Of a stretch of 64,000 nucleotides of DNA, positions 1-9,791 are shown in pieces. The stretch is taken from the NCBI GenBank assembly GCA_020057295.1, contig JAGVGF010000004.1, positions 1 through 64,000 on the forward strand. Direction: 5' to 3'. The notes under the pieces were generated by a model that was not told the DNA's origin, made no database searches, and was given only the letters and a program-made list of their open reading frames with translations. Source of the stretch: an archaeon. GTDB lineage: Archaea; Nanobdellota; Nanobdellia; Woesearchaeales; UBA9642. The translations under genes were made by a program, and so were the position numbers. Numbering within the stretch: position 1 is the first letter of the stretch; each line of letters starts with the position of its first letter.

Positions 1-3000
1 CGTGCATAATTCATATCCGTTTACACTTTCTGTTGCTCCACCATCATTTACACAACTTGTTGCTGTTGCATGACAATATGATGGTGCTCCTGAATAATCT
101 GCATCACAATTTCCACTCGTACAATCACCATCATCGCTACATGCATTTGTATCAGCGAGTTTTGCTGCACATGATCCTCCAGTACATCTTCCACTTGAAC
201 ATTCTCCGTCTACATCACATGCTTGACCATTAGCACTACTGTAACATAAATTATTTCCACTATAACAATGATATCCTGACCAACATAGTGCATCATTATT
301 TGTTGCACAACTGTTTGCATTACAACTTGTTGTGCTGCTTGTGAAGTATGGTTCACAACTAGTACAAGAAGTGGCAACACATCCACTACCAGCGTTACAT
401 GTTTCAGCTAAATCATATCCGCTTCCAGCTCCTCCTCCTGCATTACATAAATCATTTGTAATATCACAAGTTGCAGTACTCATAGTGCATGTTGTACTCG
501 AACATGCTTGCGTTCCGAAATAACATGTACTTGATGACAATGTTCCAGAAGGTGGACAGTAACCACCACCAGTTACTCCTCCTGTTCCACATGTATCACA
601 ATAATATTGTCTTAATGCTCCTGAACTGCCATATCCACATCCTGTTACATCAGTACATGTTCTTCCATAATAACATGTTTCAGCACTTGTAACAGTATGG
701 CTTCCAGCACATGCTCCTCCCGCATTATTATTTATACACGGATTTTCACAATTTTCAGAAGCACCGTTTGCTCCTCCTGTACTTCCAATACTACATGCTA
801 CATCTCCATAATAACATGTATTTCCTTGTAAATTTCCATTTCCTATAATTGTAACAGCATTTGATATTACTCCCGAACTACCGTAGCATATACTGCATGT
901 TACACTTGTGGAACTACTTAATGATCCACTATATGTATTCCAATTATCGCTAGAAGCGCCATCATCACTACAACAGTTGGGTGTACTTCCTCCAGTTGTC
1001 CCCTGACTTGCCATCCATGTTCTTGCAGTACATCCTGATGCTGCTGATGTACAATATCCTGATGCAGCATCTTTATCGTGAGTTCCATAATCTTGACATC
1101 CAGAACCACCATTACATGCATATCCGTCGGCATATGTTTCTCCAGTACAGTGTGCACTACTTGTAGAACAAGTACTCGTACCTGTAGTTCCAGCAGGAGC
1201 AGCACCACATGATCCGCTTGTACACCAACTAGCACATGTTCCACTGCACGCTGTATAAGTATATCCGCAACTAGTGCTTGCTCCACACACATTGCTATCT
1301 GTTATTTGTGTACCGCTAGCACAACTAGTTCCACCACTACATATTCCTGATGGATCTGCATTTGCTGCAGTATTATAACAATCACCGTAAGTACCGCCTG
1401 TAGGGTTGTAACAAGCGTTGTCACAAGTTCCATCACACCATGCTTTAGACGCTAAATAACATCCTCCACCACCATCACATTCATATTGTGCTATGTGTTG
1501 TGGTCCACCGTTAGCAACGTCACAAATAAAATTCTGACATGCTGGAGAAATATCCCATAAGAGAGCTACAGTACATGCACTGTTTCCGTTATAACATTTA
1601 CTTGCACATGTATCTCCACATGTTACTATATTTCTTCCACATGCATCGTTAGTTCCATCACATGCATTTTGTACAACTGTTTGTCCACTACAAGTATATG
1701 AGCCAGTACTACAACTATGACCTGCACTTCCTGCACCATAAGCATTACATGATGTTCCGCTTGTATAACAACATGCTAGTGCATCACATGCAGCACCATA
1801 TGATGTCCATGAACAAGGATTTCCAGCTAACGCATTATATTCTCCAGTAGCGTTTCCTGTTTCATTCCAAGCTGTTCCAAGTCCATTCTCTTCAAAACTA
1901 TTTGTTTCTATATCCATAATATAGTTTAATGCATTTAGTCTAGAAAAAAATCTCTCTATTTTTTGAATAATATCTCCTGTATGTATTAATTTATTTTTTG
2001 TTTCAGCAGGAGTAGTACTTTGTAATTGTAATTTCAATGCTATTGTTCCAGTAACAAATGGTACAGACAGACTTGTTCCTGATACAGTCATGCTATTACC
2101 ATTATTATCTTTTGTAGTAATATATTGTCCTGGAGCAAGTAATAATGTTGCTCCATTAAAATTTGTAAAATCTGCAACAGTATCTTGTTTTGTCGATGCA
2201 CCAACAGCTAATGCGCTACGTGCACATGCAGGAACTTTAACAAATCTTGCACCATCATTTCCAGTAGCTGCAACGGTTATTATAGAATAATTTGTTGATA
2301 AATCATTTATTTTTTGTGCAACAATATCATCATCACAATATCCATAATATGCTCCTCCTCCTAAACTTAATGATATTATGCTAACATTTTGGTCTTGACA
2401 ATATTGTAAACCTTGTAATAATGTAGATGCATAACCTGCACCGCCTTGATCTAATACTTTACCAACAATTAATTTTGATGATGGAGCAACGTTATATATA
2501 ATATAGCCTACGCTTGTACCGTGTCCATTATCATCTGAAGGATCATTATCATTATTAATAAAATCATAACCGTAAACATAATTTGTAACAACAGAAGGAT
2601 TAATACCAGTATCAAGTAAACATATTTTTACTCCTTCTCCATTAAGTATGATTCCATTATTTGATAAATATGTATTTTTAGCGTTGTCAATATTGGTAAT
2701 ATTAAGTGATTCTAACATAGACATTTGTATACCGATATCTACGTAAACAGCTTCAACATTAGGATTATTATTTAATGCTTCTAACTCATTAAGTCCTATA
2801 TTATCTGCTACTTGAACATTTAATTCTGGAATATCTTCTACAGTAGTTACGTTCATAAGAAGAATTTTATTAACCTTATCTATATTATCTATCTTATATT
2901 TCACATCTTCTAATTGTGCTGTTGCTTGATTTATTTCTGTATTGATACTAGCAATACTACTGTCTCCTTTACCGCTAGTAATTCCTAATCCTATTTTTGA

Positions 3001-4818
3001 TCCTTTCGCAATCTCTGCTTTATTTTTATCTAACTCTTTAATTCTCTGTTCTAAAGAATTCTTTTCATTATTGAGTGTTGCAGCATCAAGTACTGTTGTA
3101 GGACCGTCACTTAATCTGCTTTTCAAATCCTTGATGTATCCTTCAGCATTATTAGTACTATTTACTTTAGTTTTATATTTTATAATCATCCTCTCTTTAA
3201 CATCTTCTCTGATAAAGGGAATATTTTTATCTACCTTGAACTTAGCCGTTGTAACATCAAAAGATTTGGTTCCGAAATTCTTTATGGGTTCATTGATAGG
3301 TTTAGTTAAGTTCTTAATAATTACAGACTTATTTTGAGTCTTATTTATTGATAGATTTAATGTGGTATTTATTGAAATATTTAATGTCGTATTAACTGTT
3401 ACATTGATTGAAATATTTTCAGTAATGTTCTGCGTAATATTTAATGTTTCATTAGCACTAATATTTATTATAGGATTATATACTACAAATATTTTGAATG
3501 TATTAGAATTAATAATTTCTTTACCATCAGTAACATAAACATATAGAGGATATTCTATGTTTGAATCATACTTTTTACTAATAGTTAATAATTCTTTATC
3601 CAAACTAATATTTAATTGATTTGTTGAGCCACTAATATCATAAGTTAAACTGTTATTATCATCATCTATAAAATAATTAGAAAGGTTAATTATTACAGAA
3701 GAATAACTGTTATTTAAGTAGAAATCCGGAATTCCAACAATTTGTTTTGGTGCACGATTCTTAATTAATTCTACATGTGTAATGCTATATAATTTCAATG
3801 AACTATTGTCTGATACTTCGATAAGTAAATATGTATTATTAGAATTCAAATTTATCTTGCATGTTTCCGAGCATTCATCAGAAAGTATTTTGATATTTAA
3901 TGGAATGCTATCTGTTGGCGGAAGAGTAATATTTTCAGAACTATTCACTATGGGTGGTTCTATAGTAATATTTTCCTGTATTGTAATATTCTCTGCTGGT
4001 GGTTGTACAGTAATATTTTCTTCCAAAGAAATATTTACAAATGTTTCTTCAGTAATATTCTCAGTAACATTAATAATATTATCTGTAATATTTATAGATT
4101 CATTACTTGTAGAATTAATGGTGAAGTTATCTTGTGGTGTAAGATTTGTTAATGGAATTGTCTCATTAGATGTGATATTTGTAGCATTTGTACTATTGTC
4201 TGTGTTGTTTTCTGTATCTAATACGACAAATCCTCCTATATTTGAAGTTTGGATTCCGTCATAAACAAGATATTTTTGTATATTATCTACAGATTGATTT
4301 GTTAGAGAATCTAATATCTTTTCCTCTTTAACTAAGTAAATTTTAATGTTACCATAATATTCTCCGCTAATTTTTAGAGATGTTAATTGTACGTCATTAA
4401 ATGGTAGGTAATATTTTTGAATAGATCCTGCAGGGTATGTGATATTAACTATGGTGTTTACTTCTTTTTGATTACTAAATAAGAATAATGCTGTAAATTT
4501 AGGATTTGTGAAAACAAAAAATGAAGAGATAGCAAGCATCACTAAAACTCCAGCAACAATTATGTTACGTGCGTGTACTAACTTGAATTTTTCTTTATCT
4601 CTAATAATTTTTCTTTCCAGAGAACCAATTTCAAGGTTTAATGTGGTTAAATATTCTTTTTCAGAAACTCCTTTAGTTATAGAATTAATTGTAAAGTGGC
4701 GTTCATAAGAAGTGGTTTTTTTGCTCTTTAATTTCTCGTCTAATAAGCGTAATAAGTCTATGAAGTGCTCTCGCTCTTCCTTAAGCTTCTGTAACTTGTT
4801 AATATCTGAATCAACCAT
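1..4818 (-). CDS. Giant membrane-anchored S8 (subtilisin-like) serine protease with a Cys-rich C-terminal repeat region; >1606 aa, runs off the left edge
   Basis: Not in the ORF track because no stop falls inside the window. Manual translation from ATG at 4818 gives MVDSDINKLQKLKEE..., then a TM segment (NIIVAGVLVMLAISSFFVF) and an ENIT-rich linker. In-frame S8 motifs: CLLDTGIN (Asp codon 2611-2613), DDNGHGTSV (His 2521-2523), VAATGND, SGTSLSVPFV (Ser 2071-2073). Cys/Gly/Thr-rich sequence continues from ~1850 to base 1 in the same frame. I spot-checked the frame rather than reading every codon. Confidence 0.9.
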   Translation of the reverse strand, partial: MVDSDINKLQKLKEEREHFIDLLRLLDEKLKSKKTTSYERHFTINSITKGVSEKEYLTTLNLEIGSLERKIIRDKEKFKLVHARNIIVAGVLVMLAISSFFVFTNPKFTALFLFSNQKEVNTIVNITYPAGSIQKYYLPFNDVQLTSLKISGEYYGNIKIYLVKEEKILDSLTNQSVDNIQKYLVYDGIQTSNIGGFVVLDTENNTDNSTNATNITSNETIPLTNLTPQDNFTINSTSNESINITDNIINVTENITEETFVNISLEENITVQPPAENITIQENITIEPPIVNSSENITLPPTDSIPLNIKILSDECSETCKINLNSNNTYLLIEVSDNSSLKLYSITHVELIKNRAPKQIVGIPDFYLNNSYSSVIINLSNYFIDDDNNSLTYDISGSTNQLNISLDKELLTISKKYDSNIEYPLYVYVTDGKEIINSNTFKIFVVYNPIINISANETLNITQNITENISINVTVNTTLNISINTTLNLSINKTQNKSVIIKNLTKPINEPIKNFGTKSFDVTTAKFKVDKNIPFIREDVKERMIIKYKTKVNSTNNAEGYIKDLKSRLSDGPTTVLDAATLNNEKNSLEQRIKELDKNKAEIAKGSKIGLGITSGKGDSSIASINTEINQATAQLEDVKYKIDNIDKVNKILLMNVTTVEDIPELNVQVADNIGLNELEALNNNPNVEAVYVDIGIQMSMLESLNITNIDNAKNTYLSNNGIILNGEGVKICLLDTGINPSVVTNYVYGYDFINNDNDPSDDNGHGTSVGYIIYNVAPSSKLIVGKVLDQGGAGYASTLLQGLQYCQDQNVSIISLSLGGGAYYGYCDDDIVAQKINDLSTNYSIITVAATGNDGARFVKVPACARSALAVGASTKQDTVADFTNFNGATLLLAPGQYITTKDNNGNSMTVSGTSLSVPFVTGTIALKLQLQSTTPAETKNKLIHTGDIIQKIERFFSRLNALNYIMDIETNSFEENGLGTAWNETGNATGEYNALAGNPCSWTSYGAACDALACCYTSGTSCNAYGAGSAGHSCSTGSYTCSGQTVVQNACDGTNDACGRNIVTCGDTCASKCYNGNSACTVALLWDISPACQNFICDVANGGPQHIAQYECDGGGGCYLASKAWCDGTCDNACYNPTGGTYGDCYNTAANADPSGICSGGTSCASGTQITDSNVCGASTSCGYTYTACSGTCASWCTSGSCGAAPAGTTGTSTCSTSSAHCTGETYADGYACNGGSGCQDYGTHDKDAASGYCTSAASGCTARTWMASQGTTGGSTPNCCSDDGASSDNWNTYSGSLSSSTSVTCSICYGSSGVISNAVTIIGNGNLQGNTCYYGDVACSIGSTGGANGASENCENPCINNNAGGACAGSHTVTSAETCYYGRTCTDVTGCGYGSSGALRQYYCDTCGTGGVTGGGYCPPSGTLSSSTCYFGTQACSSTTCTMSTATCDITNDLCNAGGGAGSGYDLAETCNAGSGCVATSCTSCEPYFTSSTTSCNANSCATNNDALCWSGYHCYSGNNLCYSSANGQACDVDGECSSGRCTGGSCAAKLADTNACSDDGDCTSGNCDADYSGAPSYCHATATSCVNDGGATESVNGYELCT

Positions 4819-5221
4819 TGTTTAATAATGGTTAGCACGTCGTACTTGAATCTAGGCTAGACATAGATCAATCTATAATTTATAACCTGCTCTACCCCAC
4901 AGAGTACTTAACCACATTTATACACCCACCACTTTTTATAACACTACACTGTAAGTGAATGTTTATAAAGGTTTTTCTTTTATTAAGGTATACAAACGGA
5001 TACTAACTTAAGACGATACAGCACTTACTATGTAGTGAAAAAATTTTATAAAAATCTTTAGTATTTTATTATATCTTTTTGATTGAAATTTTCGTTAAAA
5101 TTAAATCTAAAATTGTATAAAACAAAAACGAAAAATATATATGATTATGTAAAATCAAACATTAGTAACATTTAGGATTATACGAAATATTTATAAATGA
5201 TTTATTGGTTCTTTAGCTTGT

Positions 5222-5293
5222 GCCCCCTTAGCTTAGTGGTGGAGCGCGAGACTGTTAATCTTGAGGTCGGCAGTTCGATCCTGCCAGGGGGCG
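5222..5293 (+). tRNA. tRNA-Asn(GTT)
   Basis: Acceptor stem GCCCCCT/AGGGGGC, anticodon loop CT-GTT-AA, T-loop GTTCGATCC, no encoded CCA. TTTATAAA lies about 25 nt upstream. Confidence 0.95.
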
Positions 5294-5359
5294 TATATTA
5301 TTTCACCACACTAATTATTTTATGGATTGTAAATAATAGACCATAAATTATTATTAATC

Positions 5360-5477
5360 GAGCCCGTAGCTTAGCCTGGTGGAGCGCACGACTGATAATT
5401 GTGTCAGTCCTGATGTATTGCATCATGCAAACACATCTGATATCGTGAGGTCCCGTGTTCGAATCACGGCGGGCTCA
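5360..5477 (+). tRNA. tRNA-Ile(GAT) with a ~44-nt intron at 37/38 (5398-5441)
   Basis: Acceptor stem GAGCCCG/CGGGCTC. Anticodon stem CACGA/TCGTG is separated by CT-GAT-A, the insert, then A. T-loop GTTCGAATC. Confidence 0.92.
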
Positions 5478-5535
5478 TCGAATATTTTAATGCTAAATAA
5501 ATATTTTAATGCTACATAAGCATTTGTTAATTCTC

Positions 5536-7206
5536 ATGAAAACAGAAGTTATTCGCGTTGAAGATAGAAATTCTGATTCTACAATAAATCTTGCTATAGA
5601 CACATTAGTACTAGGTAAACAATGTATAATATTTGTTAATACGAAGAAGGGTGCTGAAAGTCTTGCAGAAAAATTATCACAAGTAATATTTAAAGATAAA
5701 AAAAATAATTATAAAAAGTTGATAGATGAAGAAAAATTGAAAATATTATCACATAAAATTGTCACAGCCGTTTCTACGCCAACCAGACAGTGTCATAGAT
5801 TAAGCGAATTAGTAATGTATGGTATGGCATTTCATCATTCAGGTTTAGTAAGTGAGCAAAGAAGTTTAATTGAAGATAATTTTAGAGATGGAACTGTAAA
5901 AATTATTGTAGCCACCCCAACACTTGCAATGGGTGTCGATCTTCCTGCATTTCGTGTGATAATTAGAGATTTAAAAAGATTCGGCCTGTGGGGTATGCAA
6001 TACATTCCTGTACTAGAATATGAACAACAGGCTGGAAGAGCTGGAAGACCAAGTTATGATAATTATGGTGAAGCAATATGTATAGTAGATGATGCAAGTG
6101 AAAAATTAGAAGTTAAAGAAAAATATATAAATGGTGTTCCAGAAGAAATAATTTCAAAACTTGCTGTAGAACCAATAATGCGAACATACATTTTAAGTTT
6201 AATAGCATCAGAATTTATTAGAACAACAAAAGATTTAGAAAAATTCTTTGAAGAAACATTCTATGCAAAACATTATGGAGATACAGAAAAACTTAGACAA
6301 ATAATTCATAGAATGCTAGAACAATTAGAAGAGTGGGAATTTATAATAGTTGGTGAAGGCAGCGAAAAAAACAAGAAAGAAACTGATAAACAAGATTTTG
6401 TTAGTGCATTGAAACTAACGTTCAAAAAATCAGGACAAGCAGAAGAAAAAGTTTATGCTACATTGATAGGACGCAGAGTATCTGAATTATATTTAGATCC
6501 TTATGCTGCATACAATATTATTGAAGCATTAAAAATAGGATTAAAGAAAAAATCTGAAGATAAATTTACTAGTTATTCTATAGTGCACTTAATATGCAAT
6601 TGTTTAGAGATGAGACCGTTACTTAGAACAAAGTCTAAAGAAATAGATGAAATGACTGAAGAGATAAACATAAATTCTGATTTTATATTAACAGAAATCC
6701 CCGAAATATTCGACGAGGAATATGAAGAATTTTTGAATGCCACTAAAACTGCAAAATTTTTCATGGAATGGCTTGATGAAAAAGATGAAGAATATTTATT
6801 GGAAAAATATGATGTAAGACCTGGGGAATTACATTCAAAAAAAGATATTGCAGACTGGTTATTATATAGTTCAGAAGAATTATCAAAACTCTTAAAGATG
6901 CACGTGATGATAAAAGATATTGCAAAATTAAGATTTAGACTAAAATACGGTGCGAAAGAAGAATTAATACCTTTATTACAATTAAAAAATATTGGACGAA
7001 TCAGAGCAAGAAAATTATATGATAATAAGATACGAGATGTAGCAGATATTAAAAAAACAGATTTAACAACATTAACACAGTTACTGGGAAAAAATGTTTC
7101 TCTCGACGTAAAAAAACAAGTTGGACAAGAATTATCGGATGATAAAATTGTTGTTAAAGAAAATAAGAGAAAAGGACAAATCAATTTAAATGATTACGAC
7201 ACCTGA
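5536..7206 (+). CDS. hel308: Hel308/Ski2-like SF2 helicase, C-terminal part only (RecA2, winged helix, ratchet, HhH)
   Basis: Present: motif IV (IIFVNTKK), IVa (GMAFHHSGL), V (ATPTLAMGVDLPA), VI (QQAGRAGRP), GRRVSELYLDP and C-terminal IGRIRARKLY. Absent: Walker A and DExH. Confidence 0.85.
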   Translation: MKTEVIRVEDRNSDSTINLAIDTLVLGKQCIIFVNTKKGAESLAEKLSQVIFKDKKNNYKKLIDEEKLKILSHKIVTAVSTPTRQCHRLSELVMYGMAFHHSGLVSEQRSLIEDNFRDGTVKIIVATPTLAMGVDLPAFRVIIRDLKRFGLWGMQYIPVLEYEQQAGRAGRPSYDNYGEAICIVDDASEKLEVKEKYINGVPEEIISKLAVEPIMRTYILSLIASEFIRTTKDLEKFFEETFYAKHYGDTEKLRQIIHRMLEQLEEWEFIIVGEGSEKNKKETDKQDFVSALKLTFKKSGQAEEKVYATLIGRRVSELYLDPYAAYNIIEALKIGLKKKSEDKFTSYSIVHLICNCLEMRPLLRTKSKEIDEMTEEININSDFILTEIPEIFDEEYEEFLNATKTAKFFMEWLDEKDEEYLLEKYDVRPGELHSKKDIADWLLYSSEELSKLLKMHVMIKDIAKLRFRLKYGAKEELIPLLQLKNIGRIRARKLYDNKIRDVADIKKTDLTTLTQLLGKNVSLDVKKQVGQELSDDKIVVKENKRKGQINLNDYDT

Positions 7207-7222
7207 TTTTTTATAACAATGC

Positions 7223-8455
7223 CTAATCAAAATATTTATGTACATATTTTTCGAAGCTTAATCTTTCAGTTGAAATTTTAACTTTGTTTTTAATAATAAT
7301 AATTTCTCCAGGCAGCGGTCTATTATTATATACTGATGCCATGCTGTAACAGTATGCACCAGCATTTTGTATTATTAATATATCTCCCTCGCGTATTTCT
7401 TCAATCATGCGTTCTTTAGCAAATAAATCTCCGCCTTCACAAATGTTTCCAGCAATGTCATACTTTGTCTTAATTCCATTAGGATTGTTGCAATTAACTA
7501 TGTGATGATATGCTCCATAAAGTAATGGTCTTATAAGTTGTGAAAATCCGGAATTTACACCAGCATAATTTTTATGCGGCGTTTTTCTTATAGTGTTAAC
7601 TTCAACTAACAGTATGCCTGACTGTGCTACCATATATTTTCCCGGCTCAAACAATAATTCAAGAGTTTTACCATAATCTTTACAAAATTTATCGAATATT
7701 TCTATAAGTTTTTTACCGAATTTGTTATAATCTATAGTGTGTTCATCAGGTTTATATGGTACTTTGAATCCTCCACCAAAGTCTACAAATTCTAAATTTT
7801 CGAATTTTTTTGCAACATTTAAAGTTCTGTTAATACTTTCAAACATATCATCCGTATCGTATAACCCGGAACCAGTATGTTCATGGATTCCGATAATATT
7901 CAAATGATATTTTTCTATAATGTTCTTTGCAGCATCAACATCTTCAAGTAATATGCCAAATTGCGATTCTTTGCCTGCAGTTTTTACCAGATCATTCTCT
8001 CCCGATTCTACCTCGGTATTAATTCGTAAACATACTTTTGATTCTGGATGTTTCTGACCAAATTTTTCTAAACGTGAAAGGTCTCCAATATTAATTAAGA
8101 CATTACTTTTAACAACTAGCTCAATTTCCTCATCACTAGCATTGTTTGTAGTATATATAATATCTTCAGGAGTAAATCCTGCCTTTAATGCTACAAGTAT
8201 ATCACCATAACTTACTGCATCAATAGATGATCCTTTACTTTTGAGAAATTTTAATATATCTATATTAGAGTTAGCTTTCATAGCGTAACATATTCTAAGT
8301 TTTGGCCAATCAAAAGATTTCTTAATAGAATCATACTGTTCACCAACAATATCTAAATCGTATACATATGTTGGTGTGCCAAAACTTTTAGCTATATCTA
8401 ATAACTTTACATCGCCAAAGAAATATTCATTATTTGTTATATGTAATGGATACAT
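7223..8455 (-). CDS. lysA: Diaminopimelate decarboxylase (PLP fold III)
   Basis: GTPTYVYD, YAMKAN (PLP Lys), HEHTGS, DFGGGF, EPGKY, GNICEGGD, GAYCYSMASVYN. Confidence 0.85.
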   Translation of the reverse strand: MYPLHITNNEYFFGDVKLLDIAKSFGTPTYVYDLDIVGEQYDSIKKSFDWPKLRICYAMKANSNIDILKFLKSKGSSIDAVSYGDILVALKAGFTPEDIIYTTNNASDEEIELVVKSNVLINIGDLSRLEKFGQKHPESKVCLRINTEVESGENDLVKTAGKESQFGILLEDVDAAKNIIEKYHLNIIGIHEHTGSGLYDTDDMFESINRTLNVAKKFENLEFVDFGGGFKVPYKPDEHTIDYNKFGKKLIEIFDKFCKDYGKTLELLFEPGKYMVAQSGILLVEVNTIRKTPHKNYAGVNSGFSQLIRPLLYGAYHHIVNCNNPNGIKTKYDIAGNICEGGDLFAKERMIEEIREGDILIIQNAGAYCYSMASVYNNRPLPGEIIIIKNKVKISTERLSFEKYVHKYFD

Positions 8456-8489
8456 TATTGAATAATTTTATCATAATTTAAGAATTTTA

Positions 8490-9707
8490 TTATTTCCTGA
8501 CTATCCAGGCTTCCCCACCATCTATGATAACCTGAATTTTCTGATTAATTTCTAAATTTTCAGATGGGTTCATCAATCTTGCCTGATAGTATGTTGTCGG
8601 ATCCAAAATTTCAAATTCAGGATATTTTTTTATTAACATTACTTCTAATGGTTTTAGTACATCGTAGGAATCTTTATGCGGTATTAATGTTTTAGTGTTG
8701 TTTTTCATATTAATAACATGTATTTTTTCGTCCATACTAATAATTTTGTATAGTTGTTCATCTAATTTAATAACATCATTTTTACGATATTTTGGTAGTT
8801 CCACAAGTACGTTTAATCTATACAAATTTTTACTAGTTTCCCAATCTATAGAGAATAATTGTGCATTGTGCTTTATTCTAGCACCAAAATTTTTTCTAAG
8901 TTTTTCAGAAATAACCTTCAAATATTTTTTATCAGTATAATAATAATCAACATTTGCTCCTGTACCATCGATGTCTACTTCCTTATTAACGTGCACTCCT
9001 CTAGATTTATTCTTATGAAGGTCATTCTTAATAAAATCATTAATTTCTGGAGTAGCATTACGTATCTGTAATACTCCTTCAAAATATTTTGTTCCCTGTT
9101 TTGAGCATTTAGGACATAGTGTTACATCGATGATTCCTGGTAAATCAAAATTTTCTTTACCTGTACTTACTGTGACAGTAAAATCTTTATGGACTCCTGC
9201 TTTATATGATAATAATTCCTCAATTTTTTCTTCAGGTAAGTTTTGATAATGAACTGTTTGTTTAACACTAGATTGTACAATTTCTTTTAATATACTGTTT
9301 AAGTTGTAGAATTTTTTCCATTTATTTTTATAATTATATGATTTACAATTATTACATGTAAATAATTTAATTTCCTTAAAATCAAAATCAACAACTCTGC
9401 AGTTCTTACATAATGTTCCACCATCAATTATTGTTCCGCCGCAGTTTGGACAGAATTTTTTAGCATACTGTTTATGTACGATCACTTTCTTAATATTTTT
9501 ATGTGCTGTCGAATTTGTCCTTTGATGTATCTTCTTATGTTCTAATTTGTGTGTTGCTAAATGTTTCTTAACATTCTTTACATTATGAGCTTTAGATTTA
9601 GAACGGTTTACTATTTTATGTTTTTCTATACTCTTATGTTTACTTAGAGCTTTATGTTTAATCTTATGGACCATTGTCTTACCAACTTTCTTAACCTTTT
9701 TACTCAT
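8490..9707 (-). CDS. NMD3-family ribosome biogenesis protein with a Lys/His-rich N-terminal extension
   Basis: FCPNCG...LCKNC, CNNC, and LCPKCSKQGTKYFEGVLQIR, the typical archaeal NMD3 Zn-ribbon pattern. Confidence 0.8.
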   Translation of the reverse strand: MSKKVKKVGKTMVHKIKHKALSKHKSIEKHKIVNRSKSKAHNVKNVKKHLATHKLEHKKIHQRTNSTAHKNIKKVIVHKQYAKKFCPNCGGTIIDGGTLCKNCRVVDFDFKEIKLFTCNNCKSYNYKNKWKKFYNLNSILKEIVQSSVKQTVHYQNLPEEKIEELLSYKAGVHKDFTVTVSTGKENFDLPGIIDVTLCPKCSKQGTKYFEGVLQIRNATPEINDFIKNDLHKNKSRGVHVNKEVDIDGTGANVDYYYTDKKYLKVISEKLRKNFGARIKHNAQLFSIDWETSKNLYRLNVLVELPKYRKNDVIKLDEQLYKIISMDEKIHVINMKNNTKTLIPHKDSYDVLKPLEVMLIKKYPEFEILDPTTYYQARLMNPSENLEINQKIQVIIDGGEAWIVRK

Positions 9708-9791
9708 AATATTCTGTATATATACATTATTTATAAAGTTATTCTGATATTAATCATAACATTTATAATATAATATTCAGTCATTAAGATT

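Noticed and set aside
33-4708. Many short His/Met/Leu-rich ORFs on the + strand, and 918..1292 on the - strand
   Set aside because: They are antisense or alternative-frame shadows of the giant minus-strand protease gene.
1-4818. Possible stop-codon recoding to explain the apparent 4.8-kb gap in the ORF track
   Set aside because: The gap is explained by an ORF with no stop inside the window. TAA, TAG and TGA all terminate conserved genes elsewhere in the window.
4887-4898. 12-nt identity (CTGCTCTACCCC) with the initiator tRNA 5' region
   Set aside because: It is short, is not a tRNA 3' end, and has no surrounding tRNA structure; chance cannot be excluded.
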